Below are positions 63,853 to 64,000 of a DNA stretch of 64,000 nt, one piece after another (within the stretch, counting starts at the first letter, position 1; every line of letters starts with the position of its first letter). Where the stretch lies: IMG/VR virus record IMGVR_UViG_3300028048_000055, positions 32,001 to 96,000 of that record; one strand, given 5' to 3'. The notes beneath the pieces are model-generated. The model made no database searches. It was not told the DNA's origin and saw nothing but the letters and a program-made list of their open reading frames with translations. The position numbers were made by a program, and so were the translations under genes. This stretch comes from a virus (taxonomy: Duplodnaviria > Caudoviricetes).

Positions 63853-64000
63853 TAATGGAATTGCTAGAAGTTATTGGGGATTTTGTAGTTAGCTTTTTTG
63901 AAGCATTTTTCTTATTTACAGACCCTGATATTAAGGATAAAAAGAAAAATATTAAAAATGTCAGTAATGAAAAGGAGTCTGAATAATGGTTAGAATTAAA

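Overview
An AT-rich, gene-dense segment of a large T4-like phage. Evidence includes TATAAATA late promoters and gp2-, gp3-, gp17- and RNase H-like genes. A GH10-CBM6 xylanase suggests a fibre-degrading host such as Fibrobacter (inference). Roughly 10.3-31.3 kb is a tRNA region with about 40 tRNA or tRNA-like genes covering all 20 amino acids, a group I intron in tRNA-Asn, five free-standing endonuclease genes and several unexplained structured RNAs. Main finding: each of six tRNA blocks is preceded by a short leader ORF (20-35 aa, absent from the ORF track), a competing antiterminator at the leader stop codon, and an intrinsic terminator. The codons enriched in each leader are those read by the tRNAs downstream: N/T/M/P/V; N/P/T; A/E/F/I/V; D/R/G/H/K; L/S(AGY)/W; Y/C/S(TCN)/Q/M. 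This looks like ribosome-mediated attenuation that switches on replacement tRNAs when the matching host tRNAs run out. Second finding: an 11-copy covarying RNA scaffold (GC-AWA-N4GU-UCCUAU...UAC-N4'-C-GC) carries anticodon stem-loops or anticodon-less tRNA mimics. One copy sits in the 5' UTR of a 650-aa candidate partner protein. All calls were made by eye, without database searches.
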